DNA of 64,000 nt from Alphaproteobacteria bacterium (GCA_963667785.2 CAXXMU010000006.1:992001-1056000), one strand, 5' to 3'; positions 51,281 to 63,727 are shown, counted from the stretch's first letter. Notes: a model not told the origin generated them from the sequence alone. Numbers and translations are program-made.

Positions 51281-52309
51281 ATGCAGAACCCAATTCGCAA
51301 ACTGCTGCTGCCCGGCCTGACCGCGGCAGGAATCGCGCTCGGCGCGATGGCTTACCAGGCCGACACGCAGAAAGCCGAGGCGGCGGAGAGCTTCATCTTC
51401 GCCCATGCGATGAACGTCGATCACGTGTTCCACGCCATCTCGGAACGCTACATCGGCGACCTGGCCGACCAGAGCGGCCTCGAGATCGAGTATCACCCGG
51501 GCGGCGATCTCGGGGACTGGACGTCGCTGTTCGAGCAGGCCATGCAGGGCGTGGTTCCGATGACGCTCACCTGGGCCTCGTCCGAATTCGATTCGCGGCT
51601 CGACCTCATCTATCTGGGCTACATCGTCTCCAACTGGGAAGACGCGGAACGTCTCTACGGCCCCGGCGCCGGCATGCTCGACGTTTACAACGACATGCTG
51701 GCCGATCTCGGTCTCCATGCCCTCGGCATCATCCCGACCGACTTCGGCTCGGTGGTGATCCGGAAGGGCGTGGGCGAGCTTCCGATGAACTTCCCCGCCG
51801 ATCCTAACGGCATGAAGATCCGTGTGCCGGGACTGGCGATCGCCGTGGACCGCTTCAACAACTTCGGCTTCGCCGCCGTGCCGATCCCGCTCTCGGAGGT
51901 GCACACGGCCCTTCAGCTCGGGACCGTGGATGCGCGGTCGTTCTCCACCGCAGTCGAGACCTACACGCTGCGCGACGTCCTTGAGGCCAACATTCTTACG
52001 AACGACTACTTCGAGGTCGCCTTCTGGCTCGTCAACAAGGAGTGGTGGGACGGCCTCCCCGAAGACTCCCGCAACGCCCTGCAGGCTGCAGCCGACAACA
52101 CTATCGGCTGGTCGTGGAAGGAAGCCAGGAGCAAGAGCGACGAGTTCCTGCAGAAGGCGCGCGATGCAGGCATCAACGTCGTCGAGCTGAGCGACGAGCA
52201 GATGAGCGCCGCCAAGCAGATCGTCTATGAGAAGGAGTGGCCGATGATGGAAGGCGTCGTCGGCAAGGAAATCATGGACAAGATCCGCCAGGTCGTAGGC
52301 GTCGAGTAA
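51281..52309 (+). CDS. dctP: TRAP substrate-binding protein
   Basis: Signal peptide; GMKIRVP, SEVHTALQLGTVD. Confidence 0.92.
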   Translation: MQNPIRKLLLPGLTAAGIALGAMAYQADTQKAEAAESFIFAHAMNVDHVFHAISERYIGDLADQSGLEIEYHPGGDLGDWTSLFEQAMQGVVPMTLTWASSEFDSRLDLIYLGYIVSNWEDAERLYGPGAGMLDVYNDMLADLGLHALGIIPTDFGSVVIRKGVGELPMNFPADPNGMKIRVPGLAIAVDRFNNFGFAAVPIPLSEVHTALQLGTVDARSFSTAVETYTLRDVLEANILTNDYFEVAFWLVNKEWWDGLPEDSRNALQAAADNTIGWSWKEARSKSDEFLQKARDAGINVVELSDEQMSAAKQIVYEKEWPMMEGVVGKEIMDKIRQVVGVE

Positions 52310-52333
52310 GAACGTCACGTCCTCCAGCGACTG

Positions 52334-52359
52334 CGTCCGGGTGCTTCGGCACCCGGACG
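52334..52359 (+). terminator. Perfect hairpin with TTCG loop between dctP and dctQ
   Basis: CGTCCGGGTGC-TTCG-GCACCCGGACG followed by GCTTCTT. Confidence 0.65.
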
Positions 52360-52384
52360 GCTTCTTGATGGAGGACCTGCGACC

Positions 52385-53029
52385 GTGACGGGCAATTCCG
52401 ATCAGCGACCCGGCCCCTCCGAGGTCCCGGAGTCATCGGTCGGCGATACCGAGGGTAGCGAGCGTGAACCGCCCGAGCGACTGACCGCCCTGCCCAAGGG
52501 CCCGCTGGCGGAGAGGTTGCGATGGGTGCTGGCGGCCGAGGCGGTCGTCCAGCGGATTCTCTACGTCTTCATCGTCGCGTTCGGCCTCTGCCTCGCCGGG
52601 CTGATGTTCACCCAGGTGGTGCTGCGATACGCCTTCGCCTCGCCGTTCGTGGGGATCGAGGAGCTATCGCTCCTCTTCGGCGCCTGGTTCTACTTCCTCG
52701 GAATCGCCTACGTCACGCGCGACGGCGAGCACATCCACGGCGGCATCCTGACCATGGTGGTTCGCGGGCCGAACGGCGTGCAGGCCGTTCGCCTGATCGT
52801 CACCGTGCTCGGCATCGCGGCCTGCGCGGTCTTCGGCTACTTCGCGATCAGGTACGCGCTCTTCGAGATCCAGACCGGGCGGCTCAGCTCGTACATGCGC
52901 TGGCCCAAGGGGTTGTGGTCGGCCTCCCTCATCCTCGGCTTCGTCGGCACCACGATCTACATGATCCTTCAGGCAGTCCATCAGTTCCTGGATCTGCAGG
53001 CCCGCCTCCGCGCGCGGTCGCAGAGGTAG
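52385..53029 (+). CDS. dctQ: TRAP small permease
   Basis: 4 TM; QVVLRY, EEL, GEHI. Confidence 0.9.
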   Translation: MTGNSDQRPGPSEVPESSVGDTEGSEREPPERLTALPKGPLAERLRWVLAAEAVVQRILYVFIVAFGLCLAGLMFTQVVLRYAFASPFVGIEELSLLFGAWFYFLGIAYVTRDGEHIHGGILTMVVRGPNGVQAVRLIVTVLGIAACAVFGYFAIRYALFEIQTGRLSSYMRWPKGLWSASLILGFVGTTIYMILQAVHQFLDLQARLRARSQR

Positions 53030-53031
53030 CC

Positions 53032-54336
53032 GTGCTCATCTTTCTCGGCTCCATCGCCCTCATCGTCATCCTGCTACTCTCGGAGATGCCGATTGCGTTC
53101 GCCTTCGGCATCGGCGCGCTGGTGTTCGGCCTTGCGTCGGGCTCGGACATCTCCTTCCTCATCCCCTTCGCCTATCAAACGACCTCGAGCTTCGCCCTGC
53201 TCGCGCTGCCGCTGTTCGTGATGGCCGGCACCATCATGGCCGAAGGCGGGATGTCCGAACGCCTGCTCGCCTTCGTGAATGCGCTGGTCGGCAGGCTCAA
53301 GGGCGGGCTCGGCGCCGTGACCATCGTCACCTGCGCGCTGTTCGGTGCGATCTCCGGCTCGTCGTCCGCGGCCATCGCCGCCATCGGGTCGATCATGATC
53401 CCGCGCATGATCCGGGAGGGATATCCGCCCGGTCATGCCACCGCCCTGGTCGCCTGCTCCTCGGTTCTCGCGCTGATGATCCCGCCCTCCATTCCCATGA
53501 TCGTCTTTGCGGTCACCGGCGGGATATCGGTGGGTGCAGCCTTCCTCTCGACCATCGTTCCCGGCGTCCTGCTGACGGGCGTCTATGTCGGCCTCAACTT
53601 CCTGTTCCTGCGGAAGGTGAAGACCATCACGGTCGAGGAACGGGTTTCCGTGCGGGTCGCGGTCCGCAGAGTCGGCACCACGGGCACCAAGGCCTTCTGG
53701 GCGCTGCTGCTGCCGGTCTTCATCCTGGGAAGCATCTATTCCGGGATCGCCACGCCGACCGAGGCGGCCGCGATCGCCTTCGTCTACACGGTCATCGTGG
53801 GCTTCGTCTTCTATCGCGGGCTGACGCTGCAGAACTTCCCCAAGGCCATCGGGCGCGCGGCGGTGACCACCGGGTCGATCATCGCGGTGCTGTTCTTCCT
53901 GTTCGTCATGAGCCGGGCGATGGTCCTCGAACAGGTGCCGAAGGACGTGGCGGACGCGCTGATCGCGCTGACGGAGAACCGCATCTTCGTGCTTCTGATG
54001 ATCAACCTGATCCTGCTGTTGATCGGCATGATCGTGGACGACGTGTCCGGCAGCGTGCTCGCGGCCATCGTGCTGCTGCCGGTGGCGACGGAGATCGGCG
54101 TCCATCCCATCCACTTCGCCGCGATCGTCGGCACCAATCTCGGGCTCGGGAACGTGTCGCCGCCGTGCGCGCCCATGCTCTACATGGCGGCGGGGATCAG
54201 CAAGCTCTCGCTGGACAAGTATGTGGTGCCGACAATGAAGCTGCTCTGCCTGGGCCATCTGCCCATGGTGCTGATCGTCACCTTCATCCCGGACCTCTCC
54301 CTGGCTCTGCCCAGGCTGGTCATGGGGATCGAGTGA
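53032..54336 (+). CDS. dctM: TRAP large permease
   Basis: ALPLF, ISGSS, IPPSI, TPTEA, SPP. Confidence 0.94.
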   Translation: MLIFLGSIALIVILLLSEMPIAFAFGIGALVFGLASGSDISFLIPFAYQTTSSFALLALPLFVMAGTIMAEGGMSERLLAFVNALVGRLKGGLGAVTIVTCALFGAISGSSSAAIAAIGSIMIPRMIREGYPPGHATALVACSSVLALMIPPSIPMIVFAVTGGISVGAAFLSTIVPGVLLTGVYVGLNFLFLRKVKTITVEERVSVRVAVRRVGTTGTKAFWALLLPVFILGSIYSGIATPTEAAAIAFVYTVIVGFVFYRGLTLQNFPKAIGRAAVTTGSIIAVLFFLFVMSRAMVLEQVPKDVADALIALTENRIFVLLMINLILLLIGMIVDDVSGSVLAAIVLLPVATEIGVHPIHFAAIVGTNLGLGNVSPPCAPMLYMAAGISKLSLDKYVVPTMKLLCLGHLPMVLIVTFIPDLSLALPRLVMGIE

Positions 54337-54358
54337 GCGACGGCGTCTCCGGCGTAAG

Positions 54359-54706
54359 TCAGTCGGCGGTCCCCGCCGGTGCGGCGCGGCGCAGCGCGGC
54401 GAGCAGTGCCGGATCCAGGGGGTCGAGCGGGCGCCCGGCGATCTCCTCGGCCGCGGCCCAGACCTGGGGCAGGTGCGCCACCAGGGTCGTGCGGCCGGCG
54501 TGGCTCCGCACCACATACTGATTGTTGGCCCAGTCCGACGCCTGGCAGCCATAGTGATCGAGGATCCGGTTGACCAGCGAGACGCGGCGCAGCCGGCCGA
54601 GATAGCGCTCGCGCCCGCTCTCGGGCTCGGCCGTGCGGCCGGCGTCGGTGCCGGCCTCTGTCCAGTGCACGCTGCCGTCGGCCATCATCGAGCAGAACGC
54701 GCACAC
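54359..54706 (-). CDS. Conserved-looking hypothetical protein with N-terminal CxxC...HW
   Basis: MCAFCS...HWTE...LDPLDP; GGAG RBS; follows the C45 gene. Confidence 0.7.
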   Translation of the reverse strand: MCAFCSMMADGSVHWTEAGTDAGRTAEPESGRERYLGRLRRVSLVNRILDHYGCQASDWANNQYVVRSHAGRTTLVAHLPQVWAAAEEIAGRPLDPLDPALLAALRRAAPAGTAD

Positions 54707-54736
54707 GACGCCGTCTCCCCGGCCCCGCCGGCCTGC

Positions 54737-55828
54737 TCAGGCGGCGAGCGGATACTCCTCGAAGGAGGAGCGACAGGGCTGGGTGTCGGTGATGTGGAGA
54801 GTCCGCTGCTTGAGCGAGATCACGATCGAATGGTTGGTCTCCAGCCGCAGATTCTCGGGCTCGTCGTCGTCATAGTGCGCGCAGATCGAGTGCGGGTGGG
54901 CGAAGTGGTCGCCCATCGCAGATTCGATGGCGGCCACGTCGAGCTCCTGCGACTGCCTGAGCAGCCGTTCGAGGCGGACATGGCGGTACATGGTGTTGGG
55001 CCAGAGCTTGACCACCTCCGACTCCACGTCGAGCTCGCAGAAGTGGTTTGAGTGCGTGAGCACCCCGTCCTCGGGGTAGATGAACGCCTCCTTGTCGGGG
55101 CTCGTCTCGATGTCGATGGCGATGCCGTCCTCGTGCGCGATGAGGAAGTTCATGGCGACGGTCCGGTTGGTGCCGCAGACTCCGAGGATCGCCTCCTGCA
55201 TGTTGCGGGCGTTGAGGATATCGCGCACCCGCATGCGGAAGGGCTTCTCGTACTCGTACTTGCCGTCCTCCGTCGTCATCAGGGCGTTGATGCACACGCC
55301 GATGCCGTGCTCGTTGACGCCCTGCATGCCGCCGATGGTGCCGACCTCGCCGATGTGGATGAAGTCCGGCCCGTCCTCCCGCGTTACCCTGGAGACTGCG
55401 GTGTTGATGTCCCGCACCCAGTCCCAGTTCTGACCGATGACGGTGTCGCCGTTCTTCGAGCGCTCGGGCAGCACCGCGAAGGAGGTGCAGCCGTCGGGCG
55501 CGACAGGCACGTGTTGCGGCTGCGCGTTGCTCTTCATCATGCCCACGAGCAGCTCGTAGCGCACGTTGAGGAGCGTGATCTCCTCCAGACTTCGGCCCGA
55601 GCCCTCGACCACGCCGTCGATCTCCTCCCAGAATAACGGGTCCCTCGGGCGGAGCGCCTCGGCCCACTTCGCGGATTCGGCCATCAGCACGTCCTTCTCG
55701 AAGCCCAGAAGCTCGAAGCGCTTGAGGTAGCGATCGAGATTCTCGTCGATCTCCTTCGACAGGATCTCGCCGTGGGCACGGCCGCGATCCCTGGGATCGC
55801 CCGTCAGGTTCAGCACTGGCTTGGTCAT
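54737..55828 (-). CDS. Peptidase C45/acyl-CoA:6-APA acyltransferase family Ntn hydrolase
   Basis: RGRAHG, LNVRYE, DG-CT autoprocessing site, GQNWD, GVNEHG, HSNH. Confidence 0.9.
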   Translation of the reverse strand: MTKPVLNLTGDPRDRGRAHGEILSKEIDENLDRYLKRFELLGFEKDVLMAESAKWAEALRPRDPLFWEEIDGVVEGSGRSLEEITLLNVRYELLVGMMKSNAQPQHVPVAPDGCTSFAVLPERSKNGDTVIGQNWDWVRDINTAVSRVTREDGPDFIHIGEVGTIGGMQGVNEHGIGVCINALMTTEDGKYEYEKPFRMRVRDILNARNMQEAILGVCGTNRTVAMNFLIAHEDGIAIDIETSPDKEAFIYPEDGVLTHSNHFCELDVESEVVKLWPNTMYRHVRLERLLRQSQELDVAAIESAMGDHFAHPHSICAHYDDDEPENLRLETNHSIVISLKQRTLHITDTQPCRSSFEEYPLAA

Positions 55829-55996
55829 CGCTCGCCTCCCGTGCGGCCTCCGCCGGCCACCTCCCTCTAGCTCCGAGCCTCGTTGCGAGCGTAGCAAGGC
55901 GGCCGCGCCGAGAGAAGGCGGAAAGAGAGCCGCGCCGGCGCATCGCGCGCTATCATCGGCGGACACAGCCGGGCTGCGACAGAGGGAGGCAGAAAC

Positions 55997-56911
55997 ATGG
56001 CCACGCAGAAGGACATCCAGGTTTGCTTCAATCCACACTTCGATGCGGTATCGCTCTGGATCGGGTCGTTCGGCGGCGCGGACTCGCCCTGCGACATCTC
56101 GCGCGGCGTCTTCGCGGCGCGCCAGGGAGTGCCGCGCATCCTTGAGATGTTCGCCCGCTACGGCATCAAGACGACGTGGGACATCACCGGCCACTCCATC
56201 GAGAGCTTTCCGAAGGAGGCCGAGATGGTCGCGAAGCACGGCCACGAGATCGGCGTTCACGGCTACACCCACGAGAACCCGCTCGCCATGTCCCGCCAGC
56301 AGGAGGCCGACGTTCTCGACAAGTGCGTCGAGCTGGTGACCGAACTCTGCGGTGTGCGGCCGACCGGCTACGTCGCGCCGTGGTGGGAGCTGAGCCCCAA
56401 CACCATCGACCTGCTTCTCGAGCGTGGCTTCGTCTACGACAGCAGCCTGATGGAGGACGACTACACGCCCTACTACCTGCGCAAGGGCGACCGCTGGACC
56501 AAGATCGACTACAGCAAGGATGCAGTCGAGTGGATGAAGCCCTGGGTGGCGGGAGAGTCGGTCGATCTCATCGAGCTGCCGGCGAGCTGGTACCTCGACG
56601 ACGCGCCGCCCATGATGTTCGTGAAGACCTTCCCCAACAGCCACGGCTGGGTAAACCCGCGGGACATCGAGGAAATCTGGCGCGACCAGTTCGACTGGAT
56701 CTACCGTCACTACGACCACGCCATCTACTGCTGCGTGATCCATCCCGACTGCGCCGGCAAGCCGCAGGTCCTGATGATGGTGGAGCGGCTCATCGACCAT
56801 GTCCTATCGCATTCCGGCGTGTGCATGGTGACCAAGGCCGACATGGCGGAGGACTTCAAGCGCCGCCAACCCTTCGGCGCCACGGCCGAGGGCGCGCCCG
56901 CCGCGGACTAG
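55997..56911 (+). CDS. CE4 polysaccharide-deacetylase-family protein (PuuE/HpPgdA-like)
   Basis: FDAV, HGYTHENP, GYVAPWWE, YDSS, WYLDD, IHPD. Confidence 0.9.
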   Translation: MATQKDIQVCFNPHFDAVSLWIGSFGGADSPCDISRGVFAARQGVPRILEMFARYGIKTTWDITGHSIESFPKEAEMVAKHGHEIGVHGYTHENPLAMSRQQEADVLDKCVELVTELCGVRPTGYVAPWWELSPNTIDLLLERGFVYDSSLMEDDYTPYYLRKGDRWTKIDYSKDAVEWMKPWVAGESVDLIELPASWYLDDAPPMMFVKTFPNSHGWVNPRDIEEIWRDQFDWIYRHYDHAIYCCVIHPDCAGKPQVLMMVERLIDHVLSHSGVCMVTKADMAEDFKRRQPFGATAEGAPAAD

Positions 56912-57057
56912 GCGAACGAGCCGAACGGCGCGGCCGCCACCCCCCTTGCCCGGCTCTGCGGCGGCCGGCACCCGGCACCGCCGCGGTCGATCGCGAGCAG
57001 GTCGGGGGCGGATTTCTCCCGTGCACGCTCTTGACCTTCGCGTGCAGCTGAATCGCT

Positions 57058-57128
57058 GCGCGCTCCCGGAGCACTCTAGGTGTTCGCGCGCTCCCGGAGC
57101 ACTCTAGGTGTTCGCGCGCTCCCGGAGC
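57058..57128. repeat. 28-bp tandem repeat (2.5 copies) duplicating the permease 3' end
   Basis: GCGCGCTCCCGGAGCACTCTAGGTGTTC x2 plus a 15-bp partial copy; includes the stop codon. Confidence 0.9.
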
Positions 57129-59181
57129 GCGACGATCGCGCCGAGCAGAACGAGGCCGTAGATGATGTTGCGCACGGCCTCGGGCAGCACCGTGCCCGAC
57201 AGCATGATGCCGAGGCCGGTGAACAGAATCGCGCCACCCAGGATTCCCAGATAGTGGCCGCGGCCCCCGGTAATGAGGGTGCCGCCGAGCACCACGACGG
57301 CGATCGACGACAGCAGATAGGGGTCGCCCATCCCGTAGAACGCCTGGGCGCTGAAGCCCGCTAGAAACACTCCGACCAGGCTCGAGCAGAAGCCGCTCAG
57401 CACATAAGCGCCGACGATCGGGAAGCCGGTCCGCACACCCGAGAGGCGGCTCACCCGTTCGCTGTTGCCCACCGCGAAGATGCGCCGGCCCGGGGCGCTC
57501 CTGTTCAGGTAGAGCGTCGCCACCACGACGAAGCCGATGAGAAACCAGCCGATCGGCGCGATGCCGCCGATGCGCCCCGTGACGAACCAGGCCAGCGAAG
57601 GCGGAGCCTTGCCGATCGGCGCGCCCGAGCTGAACAGCAGCGACACGCCCTCCAGGATGCCGTTCATGGCGAGCGTCACGATGATCGGCGAGAGCCCGAA
57701 GAGCACGATGGTCATGCCGTTGAGGAAGCCGATGGCGATCCCGATCCCGAGCGCCGCCGGAATCACCCACACCGCCGGCGCGTCGAGCCCGTTGCAGAGC
57801 GTGGTGACGACGATCGCCGGGAAGGTCATGGTCCAGGGAACCGAGAGGTCGAGCCCGCCGGTGATGATGACCGTTCCCTGGCCGAGGCCGAGAATGGCGA
57901 GGAAGGCGGTCAGTATCAGCATGGCGTTGAGGTAGGCGAGCGGCGAGAAGTCGCTGCCGAAGATGCCGAGCGTGACACCCAGGATGACGATGTAGATGAG
58001 GTAGGCCGGCACCGCGAAGCGCAGCACGGCGCGGTGCCGGTCGATCCAGGGCGCAGCGGCTATGGCGGCGCCTGCACCCGGCGGATCCGGCCCGCCGAGG
58101 CGGATCGGCTCGCCCACCACCCGCAGCCTGGACGGCAGCGACGACTCCCGCAGCGCCCGCAGCGTCGCCCGCCAGAAGCGCGTGATCTCCACCACGGGCG
58201 AATCGCGGCCGAGCGAGAAGCCGAGCACGGCGATGAGCAGGATCACGCCCTCCACGATCGGCGTGTAGTAGGTGCGCACGCCCAGCACGAGGAAGATGTT
58301 CACGACCACTGTGAGCGTGAGGGCGCCGAAGATGGTTCCGACGGCACCGCCGCGGCCGCCGCCGATGAGCGTGCCCCCCAGCACGACGGCGGCGAAGATC
58401 TGGAGCAGCATCTTCGCGCCGATCAGCGGATCACCGCCGCCCATGTTGGCGGTGATGAAGAGGCCGGCCGCGCCGTAGCACATGCCCGCGAAGGTGAAGG
58501 TGAAGAAGCGGGTGCGGCGTACGTCGACCCCGTTGGCCTCGGCCGATCCCGCATCGCTGCCGATGGCGTAGATGCCGGTGCCGATCCGCGTGTTCTTGAG
58601 CATGAGCCAGAACAGGATGGCGACCGCGAGCACGACGACCGGGGCGGGCAGTCCTTCAGTGATGAGGTCGCCGGTAAAGACCAGGCTGAAGTCCCACGGC
58701 ATCTCGCCACCGGGGAACTTGAGCACGAGCAGCGCCGCTCCCTGCGCGATGAACATGGTGGCGAGCGTCACCACGATGGATTGCAGGCGGACATAGGCGA
58801 CGAGGAAGCCGTTGACCGCGCCGATGGCAGCACCCAGACCCAGCGCGATGACGAGCGCGACGAGGGTGAAGAGGCCGGTCCCCATGTCGGCGACGGGGCC
58901 GAGCTGGGTGACCAGCACCACGTTGACGAGCGAGATCACCGCGCCCGCCGAGAGATCGAGCCCGCCGGCGAGGATAACGATGGTCTCGCCCAGGGCGGCG
59001 AGCGCGAGGGTCGCGGCGCTCGCGCTGATGCTGCTGATGTCGAAGTAGGCGATGCCCTGGCCGGTGATGAGCTGCAGCGCGATCATGGCGGCGGCGAACA
59101 CGGCGATGGCGATGATCGTGCCGCGCTGGCGCGACCAGCTGAACGGCGGCAGGTAGGGCAACCGTGGCGCTCGGAGCGCGG

Positions 59182-59185
<4 letters not shown>
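57104..59185 (-). CDS. Sugar-type ABC permease with two fused RbsC-like domains
   Basis: GGLDLS occurs twice, and AAVVLGGT/AVVVLGGT motifs twice; ~693 aa. Confidence 0.9.
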
Positions 59186-60705
<1,520 letters not shown>

Positions 60706-60830
60706 GGCCGGACTCTGCGTGCCGCCGCCGCCCGGTCAGTCCGGCGCCTTGGGGCGCGGTGGTTGCCGCCGCGCCCCTCGCACCTTGCCCCGGCCGGTAA
60801 CGGCCTGCAGCCGCCGCCCGCCGGTGTAGC

Positions 60831-61952
60831 TCAGCTACCGTCGGGCACCGCGCCGTTGAGAGCCGAATAGACGTCGAGCTCGGGCACCTGCGAATGCCAC
60901 ACGTCGATGAAGTAGTTCGACGGCGCGACGGAGAGAGGCACCGCATTGCAGGACCAATCCTTGGCGGTGAGCTCGGCCTTGTCCCCCGTGTCGCAGAGCG
61001 CCGTCTGCCCCGGTGTGACCAGGGGCATCGGGATCTCGGCGAAGCGCGGAATCTCGGCGCCGTCGAACTTTGCCATCCCGAGCTTGAAGGCGTACGGCGC
61101 GGCCCAGGGCGGCGAGCCCATCGACGCACTGCGCAGCCCGTAGGCGCCCTCGGTCGTTCCCGGCGGGAGCTGGGCCACGCGATGGCCGTTGGTGCCGTTG
61201 CCGGCGCAGGGCTTGAGCTGGTCGCCGCGGCCCTCGTCCACCTGCATCTGGGTAAAGACGTAGCAGCCGGTCTGGGTCCACAGGCCGTCGATCTTGTCCC
61301 ACCCGTGGGTTGCGACGATCTCGGTCAGCTTCTGCTTCGCCGTGGCGTTGTTCCACATGCTCGGCGTGTCGGCGATGATCGTGATGTCCGGGAACTCGGC
61401 GAACACCGCCTTGGCCGCGGAGTTCCGCCGCAGGTCGACCATGTTGCCGGGAATGCCGCCCATGAAGACGATGTTGCCCTTGCCGCCAAGCTCCTCGGCC
61501 AACCATTCGGCCGGCCCCGCGCCGGCCCAGTCCTGATTGATGCCGACGTGATGGGCGCAAGGCTCCGTGACCTGGGCGTCGAAGGTGATGAAGACCACGC
61601 CCCGGCGGCAGGCGTTACGGATGGCGCGGTTGAGCGCCGTCGGCGAGATCGCCCACGAGACGATGACTTGCGCGCCCGCCTGCACCATCGCGTTGATCTG
61701 CTGGATCTGGGTCTGCGCATTGCCGCGCGCGGACTGAATCTCGATATCTACCCGGTCCTTGTAGTCCTTGGTCCCCGCTATCGAGCTCAACAGGTTGGTG
61801 GACGCATCCATCCAGGTGTTGCCCTCGAAACCCAAGCTCACATAGACCTTGACCTTCTCGTCCGCGGTGGCCGTCCCGGCCGGCGCTAGGCCGCCCGCCA
61901 GAAGCGCCAGTGCCGCAGCCCCGAGCGCCGCGTTGCGCAGGTACTTTCTCAT
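60831..61952 (-). CDS. Sugar-type ABC substrate-binding protein
   Basis: Signal peptide; GNTW, QIQQINAM; RbsB-like fold pattern. Confidence 0.9.
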   Translation of the reverse strand: MRKYLRNAALGAAALALLAGGLAPAGTATADEKVKVYVSLGFEGNTWMDASTNLLSSIAGTKDYKDRVDIEIQSARGNAQTQIQQINAMVQAGAQVIVSWAISPTALNRAIRNACRRGVVFITFDAQVTEPCAHHVGINQDWAGAGPAEWLAEELGGKGNIVFMGGIPGNMVDLRRNSAAKAVFAEFPDITIIADTPSMWNNATAKQKLTEIVATHGWDKIDGLWTQTGCYVFTQMQVDEGRGDQLKPCAGNGTNGHRVAQLPPGTTEGAYGLRSASMGSPPWAAPYAFKLGMAKFDGAEIPRFAEIPMPLVTPGQTALCDTGDKAELTAKDWSCNAVPLSVAPSNYFIDVWHSQVPELDVYSALNGAVPDGS

Positions 61953-62238
61953 TTCCGTCGCCTCCCGTTTGTGTCGCCGATCGCGCGCATATTCTTGTCA
62001 TTGACCGTTGTCAGACGCGCCTGCATGTCCGGCACAGCCATCATAGGCAGCGACCCTTGGTGCGACAACCGCTCGGGCTTTCGTCGGCCGGGCGGCACCC
62101 CGCCCCTGATCGTGAACGGCCATTCGCCTTGTCGCTCCCGGGTCGGCGGCGGTGAGGAATCCGCGCCGGCCGGGGCGTCGCCGTGCGAAGATGGGCCCCG
62201 GGACACAGGCTCCGCTCAGACCGCCACGGGAGGCTCGC

Positions 62239-63657
62239 GTGACGTCCGCGACCGAGAACGACTTCCAGGCCAGCGTGCGCGGGATGTTCGACCGCGCCGC
62301 GGCTGCGCTCGGCGTCCCGGACGACCTCGTCGAGACGATCCGCGAGTGCAAGTCCGTCATCCAGCTGCGCTTCCCGGTTCGCCTGCGGGGCCGCTACCAG
62401 ACCTTCTGCGGCTGGCGCGCGGTCCACAGCGAGCATCGGCTGCCCGTGAAGGGCGGCATTCGCTACGCGCCCTTCGTCGACCAGCAGGAGGTCGAGGCGC
62501 TGGCGGCGCTGATGACCTTCAAGTGCGCGCTGGTCGACGTGCCCTTTGGCGGCGCCAAGGGGGGCCTCGCGATCCGTCCCGACGACTACACGGAGGAAGA
62601 GCTCGAGCTGATCACGCGGCGCTTCACCCAGGAGCTTGCCGATCGCGGCTATATCAGTCCGAGCCGGGACGTGCCCGCGCCCGACATCGGCACCGGCGCG
62701 CGCGAGATGGCCTGGATGGCGGACGAGTACCGGCAGCTCTATCCCTCGGACATCGACGCGCTGGCGTGCGTCACGGGCAAGCCCGTGACCCAGGGAGGCA
62801 TTCCGGGACGCGAGGAGGCGACCGGCCGCGGGGTCCAGTACGTCCTCCGCGAGTTCTTCCGCCACCCGGACGACGTGGCCCGCAGCGGCCTGGAGGACGG
62901 CCTCGAAGGCAAGCGGGTCATCCTCCAGGGGCTCGGCAACGTGGGCTCTCACGCGGCCCGATACCTCGTCGAAGAGGAAGGCGTGCGCCTCACGGGCGTC
63001 ATCGAGCACGACGGTGCCCTTCTCTCCGATACGGGCCTTGCGCCCGCTGCGCTGGCGGAGCACATGGCCCGTGCCGGCGGGCTGGAGGGGTTCCCCGGTG
63101 CGCGCTTCGTCGCCGACGGCGCGTCCGTCCTTGAGGCGGAGTGCGACATTCTCGTTCCCGCCGCCATCGAGAGCCAGATTACCGAGGCCAACGCCCCACG
63201 CATCCGCGCGCCGCTCATCGTCGAGGCCGCCAACGGCCCGGTGACGCTCGCGGCCGAGCGGCAGCTGCTCGCGCGCGGCACGGCCATCCTGCCCGACCTT
63301 CTCGTCAACGCCGGCGGCGTGACCGTCAGCTACTTCGAATGGGTCTCCAACGTCTCGCACATGCGCTTCGGCCGGCTCTCGCGTCAGCTCGATATCCAGC
63401 GGGGCAAACGCATCATCGACATGATCGAGACGACGTCCGGCCGGACCGTGCCCGACGAGCTCAAGGCGCCGCTGCTGCGGGGCGTGGACGAGCTCGACCT
63501 GGTGCAGTCCGGTCTCGAGGACACCATGCGCGAGGCCTACGGTGCGATGCGCGAGACGATGCTGGGCTCGGACGCGATCGAGGACATGCGCACCGCCGCC
63601 TTCGCCGTGGCGCTGGAGAAGGTCGTGCGGTCCTACCGCCAGATGGGCCTCGCCTGA
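62239..63657 (+). CDS. gdhA: Glu/Leu/Phe/Val dehydrogenase (glutamate dehydrogenase)
   Basis: KGGIRY, GGAKGG, DVPAPD, QGLGNVG, EAANGP, NAGGVTVSYFEW. Confidence 0.92.
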   Translation: MTSATENDFQASVRGMFDRAAAALGVPDDLVETIRECKSVIQLRFPVRLRGRYQTFCGWRAVHSEHRLPVKGGIRYAPFVDQQEVEALAALMTFKCALVDVPFGGAKGGLAIRPDDYTEEELELITRRFTQELADRGYISPSRDVPAPDIGTGAREMAWMADEYRQLYPSDIDALACVTGKPVTQGGIPGREEATGRGVQYVLREFFRHPDDVARSGLEDGLEGKRVILQGLGNVGSHAARYLVEEEGVRLTGVIEHDGALLSDTGLAPAALAEHMARAGGLEGFPGARFVADGASVLEAECDILVPAAIESQITEANAPRIRAPLIVEAANGPVTLAAERQLLARGTAILPDLLVNAGGVTVSYFEWVSNVSHMRFGRLSRQLDIQRGKRIIDMIETTSGRTVPDELKAPLLRGVDELDLVQSGLEDTMREAYGAMRETMLGSDAIEDMRTAAFAVALEKVVRSYRQMGLA

Positions 63658-63727
63658 GGGCCGGGACCGCGCTCCGGGCGCCGCCGCCCGGCGCACCGCT
63701 TCGCACGGGTCGGGGCGTCGGGCCGGA

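Noticed and set aside
57058-57128. 28-bp repeats as a CRISPR array
   Set aside because: The copies are contiguous with no spacers and duplicate a gene end.
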